Positions 51,640-62,464 of a stretch of 64,000 bases of DNA are shown here, piece by piece (within the stretch, counting starts at the first letter, position 1; every line of letters begins with the position of its first letter). Origin of the DNA: Chiloscyllium plagiosum (taxonomy: Eukaryota); contig NC_057749.1 in the NCBI RefSeq assembly GCF_004010195.1, positions 6,965,416 through 7,029,415 on the forward strand, written 5' to 3'. The position numbers and the translations under genes were made by a program. The notes under the pieces were generated by a model. The model had not been told where the DNA came from. It searched no databases and was given only the letters and a program-made list of their open reading frames with translations.

Positions 51640-51845
51640 TGAGTGAGGCACTGGAAAAGCACAGCAGGTCAGGCAGCATCCGAGGAGCAGAAGAATCAAT
51701 GTTTCATGCATAAGCCCTTCATTGGGATTCCCACGCCCAAAACATTGACTGTCCTGCTCCTTGGATGCTGCCTGACCAGCTGTGCTTTTCCAGCAACACA
51801 CTCTCGACTCTGATCTCCAGAATCTGTAGTCCTCACTTTCTCCAA
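51640..51845. mobile_element. Family A fold-back element
   Basis: ctggaaaagcacagcaggtcaggcagcatcc / ggatgctgcctgaccagctgtgcttttccag; TSD cttggaggaga on both sides. Confidence 0.75.
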
Positions 51846-51856
51846 CTTGGAGGAGA

Positions 51857-52205
51857 CGGTGGCATAGTGGTAATGTCACTCAGTTAGTAATCTGGACACC
51901 CACGGTAATTCTCATAGGAAGGTGAGCTTAAATCCCATCATGACAATTGCTGGAATTTAAATTCATTTAATAAACCTAGTCCCAGTCATGGTGAAAAGGA
52001 CAACTACCACTTACTGTTTGCAAAATGCACCCACTTCTCTAGGAAAGGGAAATCTTTAACAGGTCCGTCCTACATGTCACTCGAAACCTACAGCAACATG
52101 GATGACTCTTATCTGCCCTCTGAAATAGGGGCAAACCAAGGTCAATTAAGGATGGGCAAGAAATGTTAGCCTTGATAGCAATGCCCACATTCCATGAAAG
52201 AAAAT
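51857..52205 (+). mobile_element. Family-2 tRNA-derived SINE
   Basis: ggtggcatagtggtaatgtcact..tagtaatc head; caattaaggatgggcaagaaatg..atgcccacattccatgaa tail. Confidence 0.7.
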
Positions 52206-52217
52206 AAAATCTACTCC

Positions 52218-54088
52218 ACTTATGAGAGCCTGAATTCTTAAAAAACGTTCATCCCTTCTGCCTGCAACCCATTCTGTCTTAAGCTGCTGAAGTTGAACCT
52301 TCAATTAGGATGGTGAGTGTGAAAGTTAAAATTAAACAGGACACAAGGGCATCAGAGAAAGATAAGTAAGACCGTCTACTCTCCCTAACTGTTTTGTGTT
52401 TATATCCAGTGTCTCATTTCTCCAGGGAGAATACATGTTTGTAGGTGGGGTTGTAGGAACAGTATGCATTGTAATGGAAAGAGAGCTCAAGTGACTGTGA
52501 TTGGTTGGGTGGGCTAGTCAATCATTAACCATTTGCCGATTTTACTTTGATGTGCTTGCACTGGCTGGGTCAGTTGGCTGGACAGCTGGTTTACAATGCA
52601 GAGTGATGTAAAGAGCATGGGTTCAATTCCCACACCAGCTGAGGTCACCATGAAGGACTCTCCTTCTCTATCTCTCCCCTCACTTGAGGCTTGGTGACCC
52701 AATCATTAAACCACCTCCAGTCGTCTCTCATTAATGAGAAAGCAGCCCGGTGGTCTGGCAGAAACCTTCTGGCCAAATGCTTCAGCCGCCTGGAGAGAGT
52801 GAAGTGGAAGCGAGCAAATGAATGAAAATAAGCAGAACTTTAAAATAAAGAACTACGGATGCTGCAAATCAGAAATGAAAGCAGAAATTGTTGGATAAAG
52901 CTCAGCAGGTCTGGCAGAATTAACAGACAGAAAGCTAAATTAATGTTTCGGGTCTAGTGACCCTACCTCAGAACTGTGTGTGTAATAAGTATCCATGATA
53001 TAGAGGTGCTGGGGTTGGACTGGGGTGTACAAGGTCAGAAGTCACACAATGCCAGGTTATAGCCCAACAAGTTTATTTGTGAATGCTGCCCCTTTGTCAG
53101 GTAATGAAGGAGCAGTGCTCTGAAAGCTTGTGGTTTCAAATAAATCTGTTGGGCTATAACTTGGTGTCGTGTAACTTCTGACCTTGTAAGAAATAGAACT
53201 TCTTAATTTCACTCCTGAGACCTCAAGTACGTTTTGCAATTTCGGAGAGAAAAAGAAATGTTGCGCAAACTAAAGGGTTATAGGCACCTTGCCAGAGTTT
53301 TAAAATTCAAAATGAAGCTACAATTAAATAGAATCTCTTGCCACCAGGGGGTGAAAACAATTGCGACCAAGATTTCGAGGGTTGTAGTAGATGGCAGGCT
53401 GTCATGGGGAGCTGTCCGTTCAGCACCACTACAGCTTCCACAATCAGCATCAGACTGAAGAACAAAACAAGAGGCACCAGAAACAGAAGAACCATTCTCA
53501 CAGCACTATAAACCTGCTCCTTTATAAACATACTCTTTTAGGTAAAATACACTATAGGACTGAATAAAATTGAAACCCAGGCGGTGAAATCATTTCTTTA
53601 ATTACAGCAATTATCTATCTTTATTGAGATATTTCTCACTGGCTTTTCTTATGCATGTGTTAACACTACTAGACCCATTGGTGCATTAACCTGGAGGGAC
53701 TCATTCTCTAACCTGAATCACAGATGCATCACAAAGGAGGATGTTGCTTCATAGTCCATTCTGCTTAAAGAACTCCATCTGGGTAATGGCATTTCTGCAC
53801 CTTATCCACATCATGCTCTGTGGCACTTCATACATTATAACAGTGACTACACTTCCAGCGTTGGCTGTGAAGTGTACTGACATGTCCCAGAGTTGTGAAA
53901 AGTGCAACATAAAGATGTATTTATTTTTAACTGAAATGCCTCAATTCTGATGGAATTTTGTTCCTATTAATAGTGTTTAACTTATGAGAGCCTGAATTCT
54001 TAAAAAACTTTCATCCCTTCTGCCTGCAACCCATTCTGTCTTAAGCTGCTGAAGTTGAACCTTCAATTAGGATGGTGAGTGTGAAAGT
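52218..54088 (+). repeat. 109-bp direct repeat pair (52218-52326 and 53980-54088)
   Basis: acttatgagagcctgaattc...ggatggtgagtgtgaaagt; 108/109 identical. Confidence 0.95.
52995..53184. mobile_element. Family B fold-back element
   Basis: ggttggactggggtgtacaagg..caggttatagcccaaca / atgaaggagcagtgctctgaaagcttgtg..ctgttgggctataac. Confidence 0.72.
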
Positions 54089-54670
54089 CAGTGCAGAGTC
54101 AGAGCTGCAGCCTCCGTTGTTAGACATAAGACAACTGGCTTCCTTGAGGAGGGCTCCAATTTTAACAAGTCTCTGCTATCTTTAGCTACCAACAGAAGCA
54201 ATAGCCTATTTTAAAACAACAGTGTTCATTTTCTTTCATAACAATGCTGACAGTGTTGTTGATAAGCTGAATGTTTATACTTGTACTGGGAGCTGCTGTG
54301 TAAATGAGAGTAAGGATCACAGTGCAGCCTGAGCCCTTTCTTAACTGCATGTGAGAATGTGGAAACTTGCCATTGATGTGCCAGTCAGATTTTTTTCTCT
54401 CTGTTCTTTGAATGGCTGAAGAGAGACAGCATCTCTGTTGCTGGCCCACCAAGACATTTCAGAAAGCATTAAAAATCAACCTCTACACAACAGCCTTCAC
54501 AAGTTGCTGAACTGCAATGAAAATATTGCAGTCAATGGTACTTGTCAAAACTGATAGAAATTAATAGTTGTCAGTCAGGAGCCAGCATAAATCCAACTAG
54601 TGGGATCTATTTAGTTGGTTCTGCATTCCCTCACTGATTTTGTCAAGTGCTGCTATGGCTGATGTGCAGC

Positions 54671-54965
54671 AACACAGACACAGACACAGACACACACAGA
54701 CAGACAGACACACACACACACAGACACATATTCAGTCCACACACACTCACCCACACACATAAACACATATTCGATTCGCGCACGCATACAATACACACAC
54801 ACTAACCCACACACACACAGACACATATTCAATCCACATAGATACAAACATACAATACATACACATTCACTCCCCCCCGACACACACACAAAATGTACAG
54901 ACACACTCACACAGACACACACAACAGAGAGACAAACAACACACTCTCTCTCTCTCTCTCTCTCT
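54671..54965. repeat. Imperfect (CA)n microsatellite followed by (CT)n
   Basis: Seen directly; produces the spurious Cys/Val-rich ORF 54653-55105. Confidence 0.95.
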
Positions 54966-55969
54966 GCTATCTTTCCCCTTATGATCCTGGATATTGTCGG
55001 TTTATGAGTTCTGGTAATGCACTCAGTGTCAGCCGAGACAGTCAGCATGCATTTGATCAAGAAAGGCATCAAAGCTTTCCTGACCCATTCGACATGAACA
55101 CACATGTACCACCAAAGGCAGAAATCAGAAGTATACTGTTTTTTTACAATTTCTCCTTCTATACCTGATGGACGTGAAAATCATTTACGTGCTGCCCGTT
55201 TTCGCCAACCTGGCTGAGGTCAATGAATTTCACACAAGCCAGAGATAAATGAGGGAATATCCTTATTCATATAGCTCTGCTCCAAACTGTACAGTACCAA
55301 AGAAGTTACCATTTCCTGTGTCCGGCACTAATCTTGAGGCCATTTTTTTGCCACACATACCACCAGCATTTCCCAGCCACAAGTGAGAATGTAACATCAT
55401 GCACCTAACCCATGATTAAAGACATAGTCACAGAGTTATTTTACAGCATGGCGCATCATGCTTGCAACAGCCATCAAACATCCTAATCCCATTTTCCAGC
55501 AATTGACCCTTAGCCTGCTATGCTAGAGTGTTTCAAATGCTCATCAAATTAGTTCTCAAATTTCTTGAGAGTTCCTGCCTCACACACCAATTCAAAGAAG
55601 TGATTTCCGTAAACCCACAACTCTCTGGATGAAAACAAACCTGTCAAATCCTCTTCCAACCTCCTGTACTATAAAACTGTACCCCGGGTTATTGGTTCCT
55701 CTACTAAGGGGGAAACATTTCTCCCTGTCTATCTTATCTACGTGCCTCAGAAGAAAATCTCCAACCCCTCCTGAGCCTCTCTGCTTGCAGGCAAGCAATT
55801 CAACCAATCTAGTCTCTCTTTATTGCTGAAACATGCTATATCTCGCTTGTAATCACATCCTTCCTGTAAATTGGTGACCAGAACTGCACATCTACCCCAG
55901 CTTTGGCCTAACTAATGTTCATCATCACCTCCTTGCTCATGTCAGTGATGGATCAGAGTCACAAAACTG

Positions 55970-57435
55970 GCATACTTTGTTATGGGGAGCTCGCTGTGTG
56001 AAAATTGGCTGCCTCATTTCCAATATTCCAAACAATTCCTGCACTTCAAAAATATTTCAGAAGTGCTTGGGCTAATCCTGAAATTGTGAAAAGTGTTAAA
56101 TAAATGCCAGTGTTTTTTTTAAATTTTAATCTCCATGACATTTTAACAGAATGTTGCTGTGTCTTCATTTTTCTCTGAACTAAATTGAACAAAGTCGCAT
56201 TTAGAAGGCGCCTTCTGGAATTTCCTGAATATATGCATGCATTAAAATGTTTGTTTGACACTAACTGAAATTCTGTAGGGATCTCTTTTTTCATAAATCG
56301 TCATAAAATCATTGAATTTTTCAGCAGAGGAAAAAAACCCATTCGGCCCATTTAGTCCATGTCAGCTCTTCCAAAAGGGTGTCCAATTTAGTCACTTAGG
56401 TCAGCTTTCGCCCCTCACCCTGAGTGTGTGCAATTACTGATAAATCGAGTCTTGGGTCAGTGGGTTAACTATCATCTGCCTTGTCCTTCCAACCCACCAA
56501 CCATAAGGAGACGCCAGGAAATAAGAAGGATGCTAATTTGATTTTGAATATGGCTGCATTTCTTCATGAGAATGTTCCCTTATTTCCAAATGTGATCACC
56601 TTCCCTAAGGTTCCCAGTATGTGGCTCAGGGGTAAACCTTTTATTTGCAAACCATTGTGTGTAAGACAGGATAGATGCCATGAAGAGCCTGATGAAGAGC
56701 TTATGTCCGAAACGTCGACTCTCCTGCTCCTCAGATGCTGCCTGACCGGCTGTGTTTTCCAGCAACACACTCTTCGACTTTGATCTCCAGCATCTGCAGT
56801 CCTCACTTTCTCCTCCCGATTGACAACCAAAGGTCAGAGATTCCCAATACTCAGTGAAAGAACTAGAGAAGAAATTATTTCACACAAAGAATTGTTATAG
56901 TCTGGACTATGGTGAATAAAAGCTTGGCAGGATCAGATTACATGGGAACTCTCACAGGCAATTGGACACGTAGTTAAAAAGTGCACTCTTGCGGGGTGAG
57001 GGATGAAAGCTGAGGTAAGTGACTAAACTGGATGCCATTTTGGAAGAGTTGAGACAGACTAAACGGGCTGGGTAGGTTTTTCTCCTGTGTTGTAAAATTC
57101 AATGATTTTATGACGATTTATGAAAAAAAGGATTCATACCGTGTTTCAATTAGTGTCAAACATACATTTCAATGTGTGTGTATATTCAGGAAATTCCTGA
57201 AGGCCCCCTCTAAAAGCTTCTTTGCTCAAATTAGCTAAGAGAAATATAAAACGACAGCAGCATTCTGTTAAAATGTCATGGAGATTAAAATGAAAAAAAA
57301 AACATTTGTATTTACTTAACACTTTTCACACTCTCAGGGTATCCCCAAGCACTTCTGAAGTGCAGCAATTGTTTGGGACACTGAAAATGCTGCTGCCAAT
57401 TTTCACACAGCAAGCTCCCACAAGCAGCAATATGA
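55970..57435. repeat. Large imperfect inverted repeat: arms ~55970-56420 and ~56995-57435, spacer ~570 bp
   Basis: The arms align over ~450 bp, with perfect blocks such as attttaatctccatgacattttaacagaatg (31 nt) and tttttcataaatcgtcataaaatcattgaatttt (34 nt). Confidence 0.92.
56688..56814 (+). mobile_element. Family A single-arm element with a hammerhead core
   Basis: CTGATGA(56689)-agagcttatgtcc-GAAA-cGTC-gactctcctgctcc..cagtcctcactttctcct. Confidence 0.75.
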
Positions 57436-57700
57436 CAAAACCTACTTTCAGCAAATGATGATTTTGTTGGTCAGGACAGCAGGGGGCACTGTCCTCCAAA
57501 TGGTGGTGTGGAAGCGCTTCTGTCCAGTGAGGAGGCGAAGCCCTGTTTGAAGGTCTCACCCAAATAACAGCACAGTGCCTCCTTACAGTTGCACTGGAAT
57601 ACCCACCTCCTTCATTTGTTTTAAGTTTCCAGATGGAGACCTGAACTCACAATCTTCAGAGCCAAGGTGAGACTCATACCAACTGAGCCACAACTGTGGG
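57305..57700 (-). mobile_element. Degenerate Deu-domain SINE
   Basis: Tail ccccaagcacttc..gccaattttcacacagcaagctcccacaa and head ctgaactcacaatcttcaga..ccaactgagccac (reverse complement). Confidence 0.5.
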
Positions 57701-59224
57701 TACAATGGAGATCACGTGCATTCCAGTGAGTTGGATTCCCTCCCCTGTTTAAAATCCTAACACAAAGAGTATTTTTACAAGCGTTGTTTATGTTCTTTGC
57801 TGAATATCAGGCAACTCTCTTGACTCTTCATTCTTCACTCTTTGCAGTACGCTCTGGTCATAAACACACCCATTAAAAAAAAGCTACATATTAACAGTCT
57901 GATCAGCACTAGACGCTTTATGAGCAAGTAAAATCATCTTCATTTTGGTCAGCTAATTAACGTAGGCCCCAGAGTTTGAATGTTCCAGTGGGGGTCAGTG
58001 AGCTAAAACCTAATTAATAGCAGCTCACAGCTGTGGATTGGGCTGGCAATTAATGCTGTCCCAAGTTAAAGCTCAGAACTCCCTGGATATTTGACATTGC
58101 TAACACTACCTCTGCATTTCCTGCACTAATAGAAGCGAGGAGTGGCAAGAGCTTAAACCGACCACCCCTCTCCCCGCCAATACTGATGTGTTTAGAAATT
58201 ACTTTCAGGGCTCCGAGCTGCAAGTTGCTATTTTTCCTTCAGGATCAAGAAGGAGCAAACCATTCCTGTTATTGCTTCTTCCCCATGTTCCCATTCACTT
58301 CGCCCACCTTCCTTCACAGAATTTCCTATATCTTTTGAAGAAAACAGTATCCAGGCATTCATTCTGCATTCAGTGAAATCTCCACCAAATTCCTTAAAAT
58401 TTACTCAAACATTCACTCCCTGCACCACAGTGATAGCAGGGTTCTGAACAATAAGATGCACTGCAACAACTCAGGTTCCTTCTAAACCTGTGACCTCCAT
58501 CAGCTTGAAGCAAAGGGGCACACACCAACTGCAGGTTCCCCTCTGAACCACATGCCATCCTGACTTGGTCAACAGATGTGAAGCTGGAAAAGCACAGCAG
58601 ACCAGACAGCATCCGAGGAGCAGGGAAGTCAATGTTTGGGGCTGAAACCCTTCATCCAGACTGGGGAAGGGGACTAACTATATCCTTGTGCCTTCATCAA
58701 TAGTCCAAAATCCTGGAACACTATCCCTGACAGTACAACATGTGTCCCTATAGCATGTGTCCACCATGATTCAAGAAGGCAGCTCACCACTACCCCCTCA
58801 AGGGAAATTAGCAATCAGAAACAAATACTTGCCTTGCCAGCAGTTGCGATACCCATGAGGAAGTGAGTGAAAATCACCCTGAGTGTGAAACCTTAGCCAT
58901 CAGGAAACAGCACAAGGCAACTTATCAGTAAAAGGTGGAGTTGGAGAAAATTTCAATCTAATTCGGTGTTGTCAACAATCTGCCAGGATTTAATATTCAC
59001 CGATGTCAATGCAGAATAATATTGAGGAGGGTGTCAAACTGGGATTCCACCTGACCTCCCCAATGAGATTCCCCAATAACACAACCATCAGGAGAGATTT
59101 GGATCCTGGGGAGTGCTACTGAACAAAGAGACCTTGAGGCACACAATCTTAGTTCCTCGAAGATGGAGTCGCAGGTACACAGGATGATGAAGAAGGTTTT
59201 TTTGTACAGTTCCCTTTATTGGTC

Positions 59225-59630
59225 AGAGCTGGGGTAGGGCTGATTGCAGGGAATGTAGGTAGCGGCGCATGGCTGCAAGCGTGGAGGGGAGGATCCGGAG
59301 GGAGGTCTGTTGTTGGAGGCTTCGGATTTGTTGCAGATACTGGTTGTCCTGGTTGGGTCCAAATCATGTTGGTCTGAACGTAGTCTGGAGTCCGTGCGGG
59401 GTCAGTCGGTTCCGTAGGCAGGTGCTGAGGAAGGAGATGTGGCTGTGGTAGCGAGTCTGTTTCAGGGTAAGAGGATTCGCAGTCGGTTAAAATCTTCTAG
59501 GAGAAAGTGAGGACTGCAGATGCTGGAGATCAGAGCCGAAAATGTGTTGCTGGAAAAGCGCAGCAGGTCAGGCAGCATCCAAGGAGCAGGAGAATCGACG
59601 TTTCGGGCATGAGCCCTTCTTCAGGAATCC
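59225..59630 (-). mobile_element. 5' segment of a Penelope-like element: hammerhead-bearing pLTR (family A sequence) running into a decayed ORF N-terminus
   Basis: Minus strand: cctgaagaagggctcatgcccgaaacgtcgattc, then ATG MLPDLLRFSSNTFSALISSICSPHFLLEDFNRLRIL, then LKQTRYHSHISFLSTCLRNRLTPHGLQTTFRPT*FGPNQDNQYLQQIRSLQQQTSLRILPSTLAAMRRYLHSL. The latter resembles PLE N-terminal regions (FL..C....L.P.G motif). Confidence 0.65.
59591..59630 (-). ncRNA. Minimal hammerhead motif (family A), core intact, on the CELF sense strand
   Basis: ggattc-CTGAAGA-a-gggc-tcat-gccc-GAAA-c-GTC-gattct: perfect 4-bp stem II, ACGT palindrome, stem I 5 of 6 pairs. Confidence 0.65.
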
Positions 59631-59929
59631 TAGTGCTGTAGGATGAGGGTTCAAACCTCACCTCAGCAGCAGGAATTTTACATTCGAATAATCAATCTGG
59701 AATTGAAAGCTATTCTCAATAATGGTGATCAAACCAACCAGCACAGATTGTCACTCAACTCATCTGTGCTGATGAGTGGGTCTACACATAGTACATGAAC
59801 AGCAGTTCAAGAGGATAGTTCACTACCAATTTCTCAAGAGCAATTAGGGACAGGCAATAAATACGGTTACAACTAGTGATGCCCAAATTCCATGAATTAA
59901 TAATAATAAAATCCTTTAAGGAAGGAAAT

Positions 59930-60732
59930 AGGTACATAGATCCTTGAAAGCTGCCACCCAGGTTGATAGGATTGTTAAGAAGCCTAACAGTGTGTTAACT
60001 TTTATTGGTAGAGGGATTAAGTTTCGGAACCATGAGATCATGCTGCAGCTGTACAAAACTCTGGTGTGGCCGCACTTGGAACATTACGTACAGTTCTGGT
60101 CACTGCATTATAGGAAGGATGCGGAGGCTTTGGAAAGAGTTTAGAGGAAATTTACTAGGATGTTGCCCTGGTATGGAGGGAATGTCTTACGAGATAAGGC
60201 TGAGGGACTTGAGTTTATTTTTGTTAGAGAGAAGAAGGTTGAGAGGTGGCTTAATTGAGGTATATAAGATAATCAGGGTTAGATAGGTTGGACAATGAGA
60301 GTCATTTTCCTTGGATAGTGATGGCTAGCATGAGGGGACATAGCTTTAAATTGAGAAATGATAGGTATAGGACAGATGTCAGAGGTAATTTCTTTACTCA
60401 AAGTGTAGTAGGGGCGTGGAATGTGCTGCCTACAACAGTAGTAGACTCGCCAAAATTAAGAAGGGCTCATGCCCGAAACGTCGATTCTCCTGCTCCTTGG
60501 ATGCTGCCTGACCTGCTGCGCTTTTCCAGGAACCCATTTTCAGCTCTGATCTCCAGCATCTGTAGTCCTCACTTTCTCTTCACCAAAATTAAGGGCATTT
60601 AAATGGTGATTGGATAGGCGTATGGACGATAATGGAATAGCGTAGATTAAATGGTTCAGATTGGTTCCACAAGTCGGTGCAATATCGAGGGCCGAAGGGC
60701 CTGTACTGCACTGTAATGTTCTATGTTCTATG
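59930..60732 (+). mobile_element. CR1 3' region with a nested family A element (60461-60582)
   Basis: MLQLYKTLVWPHLEHYVQFWS, RGHSFKL..FFTQSVVGAWNVLP and a tgttcta tail; the insert is flanked by TSD ccaaaattaag (60450-60460, 60583-60593). Confidence 0.9.
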
Positions 60733-60849
60733 AAATTTGCTTCCTTATCTGGTGTGTCAAGGTGTGACCGCAGATCTACAGCAGTGTGGTTGACTCTTAA
60801 TTGCCTTCTGCAAGGTACCCAGTTAAAAGGTGATTAAGGTGGTCCTTCG

Positions 60850-62370
60850 GTCCTCTACGTCTGTGTCACCGCATTTTGCGCTTCCACACTAAAGCTGTCT
60901 TCACTTACAGGATCCATATCCCGCTATTTCCCACCTGTTCATGTATTCATCCAGGTGCTTCTTAAATGCTGCTACTGTGTCTGCTTCCACCACCTCATCT
61001 GGCAGTGTGTTCCAGGCCCTCACCATCCTTTGTGTGAAAAACTTGACTCACACATCTCGGTGGCACAATGGTTAGCACTGCTGCCTCACAGTGCCAGAGA
61101 TCCGGGTTCAATTCCCGCCTCAGGCGACTGACTGTGTGGAATTTGCACATTCTCCGTGTGGCTGTGCTCTGGTTTCCTCCCACAGTCCAAAAATGTGCAG
61201 GTGAGATGAATTGACTATGTTAAATTTCCTGTAGTGTTAGGGGAATGGGTCTGGGTGGGTTGCACTTCAATGGGTCGGTGTGGACTTGTTAGGCCGAAGG
61301 GCCTGCTTCCACACTGTAAATAATCTAAACTACCCCCTTGCATTTTGAACCATTGACCCCTCCAAATACTTTCCACTCTATCTATGCCATTCATAACCTT
61401 ATAAACTTCAATCAGATTGCCCCTGAAACTCCTGCATTTGTGTGAAAACAAACCCAGTCTATACAAACTTTCTTCATAGCTAAAATCCCTCATTCCAGAC
61501 AACAGCCTGGTAAACCTTTTCTGTACCCTCTCCAAAGCATCCATATCCTTCTGGCAGTGTGACCAGAATTGTGTGCAAAATTCCAAATATGGGCAAACTG
61601 AAGTTCTATAAAGCTGCAGCATAACTCATCTATCCTTTAGTTAATGCCCCTTCCAATGAAGGCAAGTATGCCATAGGCCTTTTGTACTACCTGATCTACC
61701 TGTGTTGCCACCTTCAGTGATCTGTGGTCCTGAACACCCAGATCTCTCTGCATATCAATACTCTGAAGAGCTCTGCCATTCACTGTATAATTTCCACCTG
61801 TACTTGACCTTCCAAAATGCATCATCTGACATTTGTCTCGACTAAACTCCATCTGACATTTTTCTAACCAATACCGCCAACTGATCTATATCCTGCTGTA
61901 TCCTCTGACAATCCTCCTCACTATCCACAACTCCACCTACCTCTGTATCATCCACAAACTTACTAATTAAACCAGCTATGTTTTCCTCCAAAACATTCAT
62001 GTAGATCACAAACAGCAGAGTCCGAGCACTGTTCCCTGTGGAACACCACTAGTTGCAACCCCCCCATTCTGAAAAGCATCCTTCCACCGCTACCCTCTGT
62101 GTCCTGTGACTAAGCCAGCTCTGTGACCATCTTGCCAGATTACCCCGATACCATGTGACTTTACATTTTGTACCAGTCTGCCATGAGTGACCTTGTCAAA
62201 GGCTTTACTGAAGTCCATGCTGACAACATCAACTGCTTTTCCCTGAATCATCTTCATTGCTGCCTCAAAAAGCTCAATCAAGTTAGTCAGGCACAACCTA
62301 CCTTGCGCAAAACCATGCTGTGTATCACTAATCAGTCCATTTGCTTCTCAATGTGTATAAATCTTGTCCC
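60850..62370 (-). mobile_element. CR1 ORF2 (RT) remnant with a nested plus-strand HE1 (61057-61328)
   Basis: CLTNLIELFE..DVVSMDFSKAFDKVTHGRL, MEFSRDKCQMMHFGR and LQLYRTSVCPYLEFCTQFWS..LERVQKRFTRL. Confidence 0.9.
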
Positions 62371-62464
62371 TTCAACAGAGAGCAGTGGAGGCAGCATTTT
62401 GAATCATTTTTAAGAAAGAGACAGAGATTTTTAAGTAACAAGGCAGTGAGCAGTTGTAAGACAG

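Noticed and set aside
54653..55105. Cys/Val-rich 150-aa ORF
   Set aside because: Translation of a (TG)n microsatellite.
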